From NCBI GenBank assembly GCA_023129325.1, contig JAGMCI010000021.1, forward strand, positions 3,712 to 67,711: a stretch of DNA of 64,000 nt, written 5' to 3'. The DNA comes from a candidate division WOR-3 bacterium. GTDB lineage: Bacteria > Hydrothermota > UBA3073 > JACQXS01 > JAGMCI01. Under the pieces are notes generated by a model. The model was not told where the DNA came from, made no database searches, and saw only the letters and a list, made by a program, of their open reading frames with translations. This document shows positions 48,041-56,200 of the stretch, piece by piece; the stretch's first letter is position 1, and each line of letters begins with the position of its first letter. Position numbers and translations under genes: made by a program.

Positions 48041-48557
48041 ATTGAGACCTAAAAATATTCTCGTTTACTATAGTCAATGTTTTGAAAAAGTTTTCTGAGC
48101 TCTTATTAAAATGAAGTCTAACTCCACCAAAGAATCCCTTTTTCTTTAAGTGTATAGAATTCCCAATTCTTTCATAGTTTATAAATTCTTTCCAGTAGCC
48201 AAGTCTTTGCCATTTCTTTTTCTTGAACTCAAGACCATAAACTCCATCGCTTGTAAGTGCATATTCCTGATATTTAAAATCTCTCATAAGAAATCCAAGA
48301 CTAATAAACACGAAAAATATTAACAAAAATATGGGGATAGTGAATTTTTCCCATTTATCAGGCAACATATTGTATGCAAAAAACAAACCAATTAATAGCA
48401 CTGATGATACAGACCTCATAAATTTCTTTCCTCGTGGTATTTCATATTCCCATTTAAAAAGGATTTCACCTTCAGGAGCATTCTCTATCTTTTTTGCACC
48501 CTTTGAATACCTCTGTGAAAAATCAGGAAAAGTATACATTTGATGAGAGAATATCAC
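48039..48557 (-). CDS. Hypothetical membrane protein
   Basis: 172 aa with two central hydrophobic helices. No recognisable motif. Confidence 0.35.
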   Translation of the reverse strand: MIFSHQMYTFPDFSQRYSKGAKKIENAPEGEILFKWEYEIPRGKKFMRSVSSVLLIGLFFAYNMLPDKWEKFTIPIFLLIFFVFISLGFLMRDFKYQEYALTSDGVYGLEFKKKKWQRLGYWKEFINYERIGNSIHLKKKGFFGGVRLHFNKSSENFFKTLTIVNENIFRSQ

Positions 48558-48584
48558 CTTTTATCTATTTGTCAAGTTATTTCT

Positions 48585-48719
48585 AACCACAGAGTTCGCA
48601 GAGAAAAATAGCCACAGAAAAACAGACACCAGAGGACAGAAAACAGATAATCCGCCTTAGGCGGACTGATTCCTGACCTCTGACTTCTGTATTCTATTTA
48701 ATTTGTGAAATCTGTGGCT
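48585..48719. repeat. MITE-like element with a TCCGCCTTAGGCGGA core
   Basis: AACCACAGAG...ATCTGTGGCT ends. Core at 48651-48665. The heptamer arm is CCTGACC TCTGACT TCTGTAT TCTATTT. Confidence 0.85.
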
Positions 48720-49470
48720 AAAGGTCAATTTTCATTCCATCGCTTGCGGCTTTCACCTGGATGCCGAGTTCATCAGATAGCTTTTGAGCAAGTTCCCAGG
48801 GTCTTGCCTTAATCATTGTCATGCCAAAATGAGTTAGGATAGCAAGTTTTGGTTTATTTTCAATTATTATACGCCTGGCATCATCAAGGCATAGGTGGTC
48901 AAGATTACTCGGCTTTAATCTTACTACATTTATTATAAGAACATCGCCTTTATAATAATTAGCAAGTGTGTCAAAATATCGTGTATCTGCTATATAAGAG
49001 ATAGTATGATTTTTACCTCTAAAATTTATTCCATAAGTCTCTGCACTATGAATATGTTTAATAGGGGTCTCAAGTTTGATATTCTTCAAATTATACTTTC
49101 CACCTTCTCTTAAAATTTCTATCTTTTTTACATAGTTTCTTATATATTTTAATATTACCGGGTCTTCATCAAGCGCATCCTGTGGGGCAAAAATTGTGCC
49201 TCTTGGTTTAAAGCCTCCTTGTGTCATTGCCTCTATCACTACATTTATGTCTGCTGAATGGTCAAGATGTCTATGAGAAAGGATTATTCCATCAAGTTTT
49301 GTTGGGTCAAGTTTAGCTTTACTTTTTAAACATCTGACAAGCGAACCTGGACCTGGGTCAACAAGTATTTTTGTTTCATCAAACTCAATCCATATTCCTC
49401 CTGATGCCCGAATTTGGCGAAAAACAGTAATCCTGGCTCCAGCAGTCCCAAGAAAGATAATCCCATCCAT
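48718..49470 (-). CDS. MBL-fold metallo-hydrolase
   Basis: 250 aa. HRHLDHSADI (HxHxDH) motif. The stop TAG overlaps the terminal CTGTGGCT of a repeat element. Confidence 0.8.
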   Translation of the reverse strand: MDGIIFLGTAGARITVFRQIRASGGIWIEFDETKILVDPGPGSLVRCLKSKAKLDPTKLDGIILSHRHLDHSADINVVIEAMTQGGFKPRGTIFAPQDALDEDPVILKYIRNYVKKIEILREGGKYNLKNIKLETPIKHIHSAETYGINFRGKNHTISYIADTRYFDTLANYYKGDVLIINVVRLKPSNLDHLCLDDARRIIIENKPKLAILTHFGMTMIKARPWELAQKLSDELGIQVKAASDGMKIDL

Positions 49471-49478
49471 TCATCTTC

Positions 49479-49507
49479 ATACTACTATTTCTTATCTAAT
49501 TTGTCAA
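49479..49507 (-). promoter_or_regulatory. MBL-hydrolase promoter (leaderless geometry)
   Basis: Minus strand: TTGACA (49507-49502), 17 nt, TAGTAT (49484-49479). The ATG at 49470 lies 8 nt after the -10. Confidence 0.6.
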
Positions 49508-49625
49508 GAAAAACGTTGCCACAGATTTCACAGATTTTTGGAGTGCAAAATCAGTGATTTTACATGCAACAACATCGTTGTTGCACTCCATAGTTTTATG
49601 CTTTCATAACATATTAAGAAAAAAG

Positions 49626-49654
49626 TTGACACATCACCCTTTCCGTGTTATAAA
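49626..49654 (+). promoter_or_regulatory. gatA promoter (leaderless geometry)
   Basis: TTGACA 49626-49631, 17 nt, TATAAA 49649-49654. The ATG at 49662 lies 7 nt after the -10. Confidence 0.65.
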
Positions 49655-49661
49655 ATTAGGT

Positions 49662-51173
49662 ATGAAAGAACTATTAAATCAGAGTATCTCTAAAATTCAT
49701 CTTAAGCTTAAAGAAAGAGAAAGAGCCTGCCTTGAACTTATTGAGTTTATGTTTGAAAAAATAAATAAGAGTTCATTAAATTCTTATATTACCACATTTG
49801 AATCTCAGGCTAAGGCTCGGGCTATGGAGATTGATAAAAAAGGGGATTTTAATAATCTTTTAACTGGAATCCCGATTGCCATTAAAGATAATATATGTAT
49901 AAAGGGCTTCCCAACGACTTGTGGTTCCCGGATACTCAAAGACTTTATTCCTCCTTATAATGCCACAGTAATAGACAAATTAGATAAGGCAGGTGCTATA
50001 TTTTTAGGCAAGACAAATCTTGATGAATTTGCTATGGGCTCTTCAACTGAGAATTCAGCCTTTGGTCCTACATTTAATCCATTAAATCCAGAATATGTTC
50101 CTGGCGGCTCATCTGGTGGGTCTGCAGCAAGTGTTGGCGGTGGTGAGACGATTTGTGCTCTTGGCTCAGATACAGGAGGCTCAATCAGACAGCCAGCATC
50201 ATTTTGTGGAATTGTGGGCTTAAAACCGAGTTATGGTAGGGTCTCAAGGTATGGGCTCGTTGCTTTTGCATCATCTCTTGACCAAATAGGAGTATTAACA
50301 AGATGTGTAGAGGATGCGGCAATCTTACTTGAAACCATTGCAGGTCAAGATGACAGAGATTCTACTTCCAGAAATGTTTCAGTTCCTTTTTACTTTAAAA
50401 ATCTTGAACCTAAAGTAAAGGGTTTAAAAATTGGGCTTCCAGAGGAATATTTTGGTGAAGGGATAGCTCCTGAAGTTAAAGAAAGGGTATTAAATGCAGT
50501 TCATACATTGGAAAAACTTGGTGCCAAGCTTTGTGAAGTTTCCTTACCTCACACTGATTATGCTATTTCAACTTATTATCTAATTGCCACTGCTGAAACA
50601 AGTGCCAACCTGGCAAGGTATGATGGAGTTAGATATGGGTATAGAAGTAGGAAGTGGGAAGTAGGAAGTGGGAAGTGGGAAGTAGGAAGTGGGAAGTCAG
50701 AAGTCAGAGGTCAGAAGTCAGGGGTCAGAGGCCAGAAGTCAGAAGTTAGGAGTCAGAAATTAAAAGATATGTATGAAATAACGAGGGATGAAGGGTTTGG
50801 CAATGAAGTTAAGCGTCGGATAATGCTTGGCACTTTTGGGCTTCAGTCTGGATACTATGATGAATATTATCTTAAAGCAAGGAAAGTGAGAGGTCTTATA
50901 GCTGAGGATTTTGAAAACGCTTTTAAGGAAGTAGATATTTTAATCACTCCCACATCTCCAACGCTTCCGTTTAAATTAGGTGAAAAAACAAAAGACCCGC
51001 TTCAAATGTATCTATCTGACATTCTTACAGTTTCTGCCAGTCTTGCTGGGTTGCCAGCTATCTCTATTCCCTGTGGTGATTTCTCTGGTCTTTCAATAGG
51101 TTTACAAATAATTGGCAAGCCATTTGACGAGCAAACCATCCTCAACACTGCTTATGCTTATGAAAGAGCCTAA
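49662..51173 (+). CDS. gatA: Glutamyl/aspartyl-tRNA amidotransferase subunit A, with an in-frame heptamer-repeat insert
   Basis: Amidase signature GGSSGGSAASV...GSDTGGSIRQPA. ARYDGVRYGYRS ... MYEITRDEGFGNEVKRRIMLGT flank an extra ~33-aa (≈99-nt) insert. Start set to MKELLNQ (49662), directly after the promoter. Confidence 0.95.
   Translation: MKELLNQSISKIHLKLKERERACLELIEFMFEKINKSSLNSYITTFESQAKARAMEIDKKGDFNNLLTGIPIAIKDNICIKGFPTTCGSRILKDFIPPYNATVIDKLDKAGAIFLGKTNLDEFAMGSSTENSAFGPTFNPLNPEYVPGGSSGGSAASVGGGETICALGSDTGGSIRQPASFCGIVGLKPSYGRVSRYGLVAFASSLDQIGVLTRCVEDAAILLETIAGQDDRDSTSRNVSVPFYFKNLEPKVKGLKIGLPEEYFGEGIAPEVKERVLNAVHTLEKLGAKLCEVSLPHTDYAISTYYLIATAETSANLARYDGVRYGYRSRKWEVGSGKWEVGSGKSEVRGQKSGVRGQKSEVRSQKLKDMYEITRDEGFGNEVKRRIMLGTFGLQSGYYDEYYLKARKVRGLIAEDFENAFKEVDILITPTSPTLPFKLGEKTKDPLQMYLSDILTVSASLAGLPAISIPCGDFSGLSIGLQIIGKPFDEQTILNTAYAYERA
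50647..50758. repeat. 16 tandem degenerate heptamers (GTRGGAA x7, then GTCAGRR-like x9) inside gatA
   Basis: Read directly: GTAGGAA GTGGGAA GTAGGAA GTGGGAA GTGGGAA GTAGGAA GTGGGAA GTCAGAA GTCAGAG GTCAGAA GTCAGGG GTCAGAG GCCAGAA GTCAGAA GTTAGGA GTCAGAA. Confidence 0.95.
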
Positions 51174-52824
51174 AACTTTTCTTCTTATTGATGTTGGCAG
51201 CACAAGCACAAAGGTTCACTTTATTGAAGATACCAAGTTAATTACCCAATATGCACCAACTACAGTTGAGAAGCCTTATGAAGATGTAATGATTGGTGTT
51301 CGTAATGCTATTTCCGGGATAGAGGAAAAGATAAATAAAAAGCTCCTTGGTAATGTTGATTTATTTCTTGCCACTTCGTCTGCAGGTGGTGGTCTCCAGA
51401 TGCTTGTAGCAGGACTTGTCAGGCGTATAACCGCAGAAAGTGCAGAGCGGGCAGCTTTATCAAGTGGTGCCATTATTATGGATGTCTTAGCAATAGATGA
51501 TGGGAAGTCTACTTTTGAAAAAATTGATAGTATAAAGCATCTGAGACCAGATATAATTTTATTTTCAGGTGGAGAAGATGGTGGTGCTATATCAGCTGTA
51601 GCAAGGACTGCGGAAATAATTTCTGCATCAAATCCAAAAGGCAAATATATAGATAGAATTCCACTTGTTTATGCAGGGAATATAAATGCTCGTAAGTATA
51701 TCCAAAATATCCTTAAAAAAGTAACCGATGTATCTTTAACAGAAAATGTCCGTCCCAAAACAGAAGAGGAGAATCCAATTCCTGCGCGTGATGAGATACA
51801 TCGCCTTTTTATGGACCATGTTATGTCACGAGCACCTGGTTATAAAAAGTTAACAAAAATAGTTGATGCCCCTATAATCCCAACTCCTGGAGCTGCATTT
51901 CGGATGGTAAAAAAGATTGCTCAATCCACCTCAGGCGGATTAAAAAAGAATGTTGCAGTTGTGGATTTAGGAGGAGCCACAACTGATATTTTCACTGTAA
52001 TTGATGGAGTAGCTAACCGCACTGTTTCTGCAAATCTTGGGATGAGTTATAGTATAGGAAACACATTTTATCAAACAGGGGCAAAAAATATAATGAGATG
52101 GATTCCAGAAGAATTAGAGATAGATGAACTTAAAGACAGGATAGGAAATAAGATGTTACATCCAACTGCACTTCCTGAGACAAAAATAGATTCATTTATT
52201 GAGGAAGCTATAGCAAGAGAAGCAATTAGACTTGCCTTTAAACACCATAAAGATTTCACAGAAGCCAAGCGCGCAAAAGTCCTTATTGATATATTTGGCT
52301 CAAGTATTAAGATAAAATCACCGTTGCCATATAGAATGGCAAAACTCGGTAAGAGCGAATATGAGCCATTTAAAATTAATTTTATCTTTGGTAGTGGAGG
52401 TGCGCTTTCTTATGCTAATCGCAATAATGCTTTATTCATACTCATTGATTCCTTTGAACCAGTTGGTATTACAGAAATTGGAGTAGATAGCTGTTTTCTA
52501 TTGCCTCATTTGGGGGTGCTGGATACTTTATATCCAGAAATTGCATGGGAACTATTTAAGAAGCTTTGTTATGTCCAACTTGGTTTTTGTATCGCTCCTC
52601 TGGGCAAGGTAATAAAGGATGAAAAAGTTATCACTATAGGAGAAGCGATAGTAAAGGGTAGTGAAATTGTAAAACTAAATTTGGATGGGAATTACAAAAT
52701 AATACCTGAACCTAAATTTGATATAGGGGCTGGGTTTGGGAAGCCTGTAATGCACGAATTTCATGGTAATGTTATAATAGATACTCGTGGAAGACCCCTC
52801 TTTAGCAAAATCAATCCGCCTTAG
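51160..52824 (+). CDS. GlmL/MutL-family ASKHA-fold protein (mutase-reactivase-like), function unknown
   Basis: LLIDVGSTSTKV and VVDLGGATTDIF phosphate-binding motifs. Start set to MKEPKTF, overlapping the gatA end. The stop TAG lies inside palindrome 52815-52829. Confidence 0.5.
   Translation: MKEPKTFLLIDVGSTSTKVHFIEDTKLITQYAPTTVEKPYEDVMIGVRNAISGIEEKINKKLLGNVDLFLATSSAGGGLQMLVAGLVRRITAESAERAALSSGAIIMDVLAIDDGKSTFEKIDSIKHLRPDIILFSGGEDGGAISAVARTAEIISASNPKGKYIDRIPLVYAGNINARKYIQNILKKVTDVSLTENVRPKTEEENPIPARDEIHRLFMDHVMSRAPGYKKLTKIVDAPIIPTPGAAFRMVKKIAQSTSGGLKKNVAVVDLGGATTDIFTVIDGVANRTVSANLGMSYSIGNTFYQTGAKNIMRWIPEELEIDELKDRIGNKMLHPTALPETKIDSFIEEAIAREAIRLAFKHHKDFTEAKRAKVLIDIFGSSIKIKSPLPYRMAKLGKSEYEPFKINFIFGSGGALSYANRNNALFILIDSFEPVGITEIGVDSCFLLPHLGVLDTLYPEIAWELFKKLCYVQLGFCIAPLGKVIKDEKVITIGEAIVKGSEIVKLNLDGNYKIIPEPKFDIGAGFGKPVMHEFHGNVIIDTRGRPLFSKINPP
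51925..51939. repeat. Degenerate TCCGCC-N3-GGCGGA palindrome (TCCACCTCAGGCGGA) inside the GlmL-like gene
   Basis: One arm mismatch. Encodes STSGG. Confidence 0.6.
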
Positions 52825-52829
52825 GCGGA
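52815..52829. repeat. TCCGCCTTAGGCGGA palindrome at a gene junction
   Basis: It supplies the TAG stop (52822-52824) of the GlmL-like gene. The next ATG is at 52835. Confidence 0.85.
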
Positions 52830-52834
52830 TCAAA

Positions 52835-53947
52835 ATGCAAAAATCAAAATTACAACCTAAGGTAATAAGAAAGGAACGATTACTTGATTTCCCTGGCAAA
52901 GTACTTGTAAAAGAAGGAGATAAAGTAAAGCCTGAAGATATTGTGGCAAAAACAGTATACACTGCAAGGCGTCCATTTATTATAGAAATAGCTGATTCAT
53001 TAAAGACAACACCTCAGGATATACGAAAATATATGCTAAAAAAAGAAGGTGATTTAGTAAAAGAAGATGAGATACTTGCCAAAAGAAGGATATTACTTGA
53101 AACAAAAGTTAGAATATCACCTGTTGACGGCATAATAGAGCATATTTCTGATGATTCAGGTCACATTCTAATTCGTGAAAAGGAAATGGATTTGACACCA
53201 AGGACTATAAATGTTGCAGATGCTCTCAGAATAAAACCCAAAAACATCATAAGATATATGAAAAAGAAAGTTGGTGATTATGTAGAAAAAGGAGGTATAA
53301 TTGCAGAAATCCCTGGTCTTTTTCTAAAGGGTTATAAATCACCAATCTACGGAGAAATAAAGAGTATAAATACTGAAACTGGAAAAGTTATTGTTCAAAG
53401 ACCTCATCAAAAGGTAGACTTAAAAGCAGGTATTTCTGGAGAGGTGGAGAAAGTAATTCCAAACTATGGAGTAGTTATCAAAACAGATGGTTACGAGCTA
53501 AATGGAATAATTGGATTTGGCAGAGAGACATTTGGAAAGTTAAGTATCTTAGAAGAAACTGTGGAGTCCTTTGAAGCAAAAATTCTTGTCAGCAGTAAAC
53601 CTTTAAAAGCATCTAAAATCAATGAGCTTAAAGAGAAAGGAGTAAAAGGAATAATTTTAGCAAACTTAAGAGCAATCGATGCAGAAGAACTATTTGGCAA
53701 AGAGGTTTGGTCTGGCGTAACGGGTAGGATTGATAAAGGAATAACTCTTATTATACTTGATGGATTTGGGACCCAGCAAATGAAAGGAGAGCTTTTAAAT
53801 TTTTTCCAAACCCTTGCCTGCCTGCCATCCCCGCCTGCCAAAGCGAAGCGGCGGGCAGGTGTCGGGCAGGAAAGTCATTATGTATATTTGAATGGCAGAA
53901 CCCAAATCAGAGCAGGAGTAATAAGACCAGAAATAATTATCTCTTGA
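52835..53947 (+). CDS. Hypothetical protein with repeated barrel-sandwich-hybrid-like segments; carries a 55-nt GC-rich insert
   Basis: Repeated V.EGD.V...DI.A / V.KGGIIAEI-type motifs. Start set to MQKSKLQ (52835). Insert at 53816-53870 (ACLPSPPAKAKRRAGVGQE). Confidence 0.35.
   Translation: MQKSKLQPKVIRKERLLDFPGKVLVKEGDKVKPEDIVAKTVYTARRPFIIEIADSLKTTPQDIRKYMLKKEGDLVKEDEILAKRRILLETKVRISPVDGIIEHISDDSGHILIREKEMDLTPRTINVADALRIKPKNIIRYMKKKVGDYVEKGGIIAEIPGLFLKGYKSPIYGEIKSINTETGKVIVQRPHQKVDLKAGISGEVEKVIPNYGVVIKTDGYELNGIIGFGRETFGKLSILEETVESFEAKILVSSKPLKASKINELKEKGVKGIILANLRAIDAEELFGKEVWSGVTGRIDKGITLIILDGFGTQQMKGELLNFFQTLACLPSPPAKAKRRAGVGQESHYVYLNGRTQIRAGVIRPEIIIS
53816..53870. repeat. 55-nt GC-rich composite palindrome inside ORF 52835-53947
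   Basis: GCCTGCCTGCCATCC + CCGCCTGCC-AAAGCGAAGC-GGCGGGCAGG + TGTCGGGCAGG. The outer parts resemble the reverse complement of the 63562/4567 element. Confidence 0.75.
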
Positions 53948-54164
53948 ATAGTATGAAAATATAAACGATTCTTGTGTAACAAAGGAAAAAGGGGAAACAG
54001 GGTAAAAGGGGAAAAAATAAACAATGCGAAATTAACAATTAAACGGTGCCATTTTTAAATGCTAATTGATAATTGTTGATTTTAACTTGATTCCCTTTTC
54101 CTATTTTCCCTTACTTACACTTTTTTTCTTAACAGGGGGTCATTTTTAGTAATATATCAAAGAG

Positions 54165-54890
54165 ATGGGTTACTTTATAATTTTTCTTCTCACATTTGCA
54201 AGAACGGATAATTACCAAATTCTCAGAAAGCAGATGATAGAGGAACAAATTGTAGCCAGAGGAATTAAGGATACTTTTGTTTTAAAAGCTATGCTAAAAG
54301 TAGAGAGACACAAATTCGTCCCTCAAGAATATAAATCTCTTGCTTATACAGACCAGCCACTCCCAATTGGTTATGAGCAAACCATATCTCAACCATATAT
54401 TGTCGCTTTAATGACATCTCTTTTAAATTTAAAAGGAGATGAAAAAGTATTAGAAATAGGGACTGGCAGTGGCTATCAAGCAGCAATATTAGCAGAGATT
54501 GTTAAACCTGCCTCGCCTGCGAGTCAAGGCGGGGAGGTATATACTATAGAACTTTTAAAGCCATTAGCAAAGAGCGCTGAAAAACGATTATCTATTATGG
54601 GTTACAAAAATATACAGGTAAAATGTGGTGATGGCTACAAAGGTTGGCCCAAAAACGCCCCATTTGATGGCATAATAGTAACTTGTGCCCCTGAACATAT
54701 ACCAGAACCTCTTTTAGAACAACTAAAAGTTGGAGGAAAAATGGTAATTCCTGTAGGTGCCCCGCACTTATGCATAAGTGCGGGGTATCAAGAACTTTTG
54801 CTTATAACAAAAACCAAAGAAGGAATTAAAAAAGAATCCATCATTCCAGTAAGATTTGTCCCTATGAAAGGGGAAGCTGAGAAAAAATAA
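54165..54890 (+). CDS. pcm: Protein-L-isoaspartate O-methyltransferase, with two palindrome inserts
   Basis: VPRH-like ERHKFVP, QTISQPYIVA, and LEIGTGSGYQAA AdoMet motifs. Inserts at 54507-54537 (PASPASQGGE) and 54760-54785 (APHLCISAG). Confidence 0.9.
   Translation: MGYFIIFLLTFARTDNYQILRKQMIEEQIVARGIKDTFVLKAMLKVERHKFVPQEYKSLAYTDQPLPIGYEQTISQPYIVALMTSLLNLKGDEKVLEIGTGSGYQAAILAEIVKPASPASQGGEVYTIELLKPLAKSAEKRLSIMGYKNIQVKCGDGYKGWPKNAPFDGIIVTCAPEHIPEPLLEQLKVGGKMVIPVGAPHLCISAGYQELLLITKTKEGIKKESIIPVRFVPMKGEAEKK
54507..54537. repeat. Imperfect GC hairpin inside pcm
   Basis: CCTGCCTCGCC-TGCGAGTCAA-GGCGGGGAGG. Encodes PASPASQGGE between the AdoMet motif and the following strand. Confidence 0.65.
54760..54785. 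repeat. CCCCGCACTTATGCATAAGTGCGGGG perfect palindrome inside pcm
   Basis: 26-nt perfect palindrome. A variant of the CCCGCAC family. Confidence 0.85.
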
Positions 54891-55032
54891 CCACAAATTG
54901 ACACGAATTAACCGAATAACCACAGAGGACACAGAGAAAGGGAGCCACAGATTACACAGATTTAAATCAGACGCTGATTTACACAGATTATAGAAAGATG
55001 ATGCAGGGGCAAGATTTTAGTTCTCGTTTAAC

Positions 55033-55054
55033 GAACCCTAAAGGGTTCGGCTAC
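55033..55054. repeat. GAACCC-TAAA-GGGTTC+GGCTAC element, uninterrupted copy
   Basis: Reverse complement of the outer parts of 4555-4599. Confidence 0.8.
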
Positions 55055-55128
55055 AAGGGGAAAAATCTAAGAAGCCATTTACAAAAAATAGTAGTCCGTC
55101 CCTAATTTTTTCCATATAGATTTGCAGT

Positions 55129-55160
55129 AACAGGGATTGGAAGAGAATATAAGAGATAAA
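55129..55160. repeat. AACAGGGATTGGAAGAG...AAGAGATAAA arm without a GC core ('unfilled' copy)
   Basis: Only AATAT occupies the position where 22703 and 6703 carry 18- and 26-nt GC palindromes. Confidence 0.7.
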
Positions 55161-55260
55161 AGTAAACACAGAGAACATAATAATCTTTTTATCCGTGTAT
55201 TTCTGTGTTCTATTTTTGTCCGTGTATCTCCGTAGTAAGCATCGCTTGGGGAAATGGGGA

Positions 55261-56136
55261 TTAAAAAGGATTAGAGGTTACTTTTTGAGGAGCTTTTAAT
55301 GATTTTCGTAATTTAACAAATTCTGCATCAGATATCTCTTTGTCTTCATACTCATAGTTGTCATTAACAGTAAATTTACTTCTGGCTGATACTACACTGT
55401 GGCGTGGACCTACAAGATGGCAATTTGGAATGTAAACTTTTTGTATAAATGGATCTTTCTCAGCTTCTTTTTTAATATAGATCTCTCCTGGGACTCCTGT
55501 GATAAACCATGGTTGACAGCTCCAAGCTGTAAACTGTTCGTTAATTATTTCGTTTAAGCAACGTATCGCTTCTAATGCAATTGAACGGTCGTTTAGATCA
55601 ATTTCAGGCCTAAAATGTATGGCTTGTTTTCTGAACTCTGATAGTTTTTCAAAAGATTTAACTGTTGTTGGTGTAAAGACTCCCCATGATTTTAGCGTAT
55701 TTATTGCCAAATTCCAGTTATCAAAAGACTTTTTATTGTAGACCTTCTTATATTCAGTAGTGTTTGAGAAATCTTTACGAAGCAACACTATAAGATGGTT
55801 AAGAATGCGTTCGCCTAGTGTACATGTAGCAGTAAGTGCAGGATAGTATGCACCTATTACGAAAGCGTTTCGAATTTGATTAACGAACTTACTGTGAAAT
55901 GCGAGTATCGAAACTGGCTTTGTACCCAAAGCGATGAAGTTGCATAACTTCATTTCAGCATTAGAACTTCCATAATAAAAAATCAGGCTTTGTTTAATCT
56001 GTTCCTTATTCTTTTTATGTAATTCCTTTACTTCTTTTTTCCAACTATTTTCAATTTTTTGAGTTAAAAGCATAGCTCGTGAGTCATAATCGAAAAACAA
56101 GATTCTATATCGCTTCATAAATAATCTAAATCTCAC
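55261..56136 (-). CDS. Unknown protein partnered with the DNA methyltransferase; either a HEPN-like effector (Rx4H) or a cognate restriction endonuclease
   Basis: 291 aa (GTG at 56136; ATG at 56118 is an alternative). A helical central region contains FRKQAIH (R-x4-H). Also a possible D...EVK (PD-(D/E)xK-like) string near the N-terminus. No confident family assignment. Confidence 0.35.
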   Translation of the reverse strand: MRFRLFMKRYRILFFDYDSRAMLLTQKIENSWKKEVKELHKKNKEQIKQSLIFYYGSSNAEMKLCNFIALGTKPVSILAFHSKFVNQIRNAFVIGAYYPALTATCTLGERILNHLIVLLRKDFSNTTEYKKVYNKKSFDNWNLAINTLKSWGVFTPTTVKSFEKLSEFRKQAIHFRPEIDLNDRSIALEAIRCLNEIINEQFTAWSCQPWFITGVPGEIYIKKEAEKDPFIQKVYIPNCHLVGPRHSVVSARSKFTVNDNYEYEDKEISDAEFVKLRKSLKAPQKVTSNPF

Positions 56137-56200
56137 ATAAACTTCCTGTCAGGGCTCATTTTTTCCCATGTTACTTTTTGAGGTTGATGCTCTTGCTTTT

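Noticed and set aside
49554-49661. N-terminal extensions of ORFs in the six-frame track (also 51112-51159, 52787-52834, 58570-58599, 59657-59722, 63669-63725, 43335-43364 and 45651-45671).
   Set aside because: The extensions read through promoters or repeat elements and precede Met codons that match family-typical N-termini. Starts were moved downstream.
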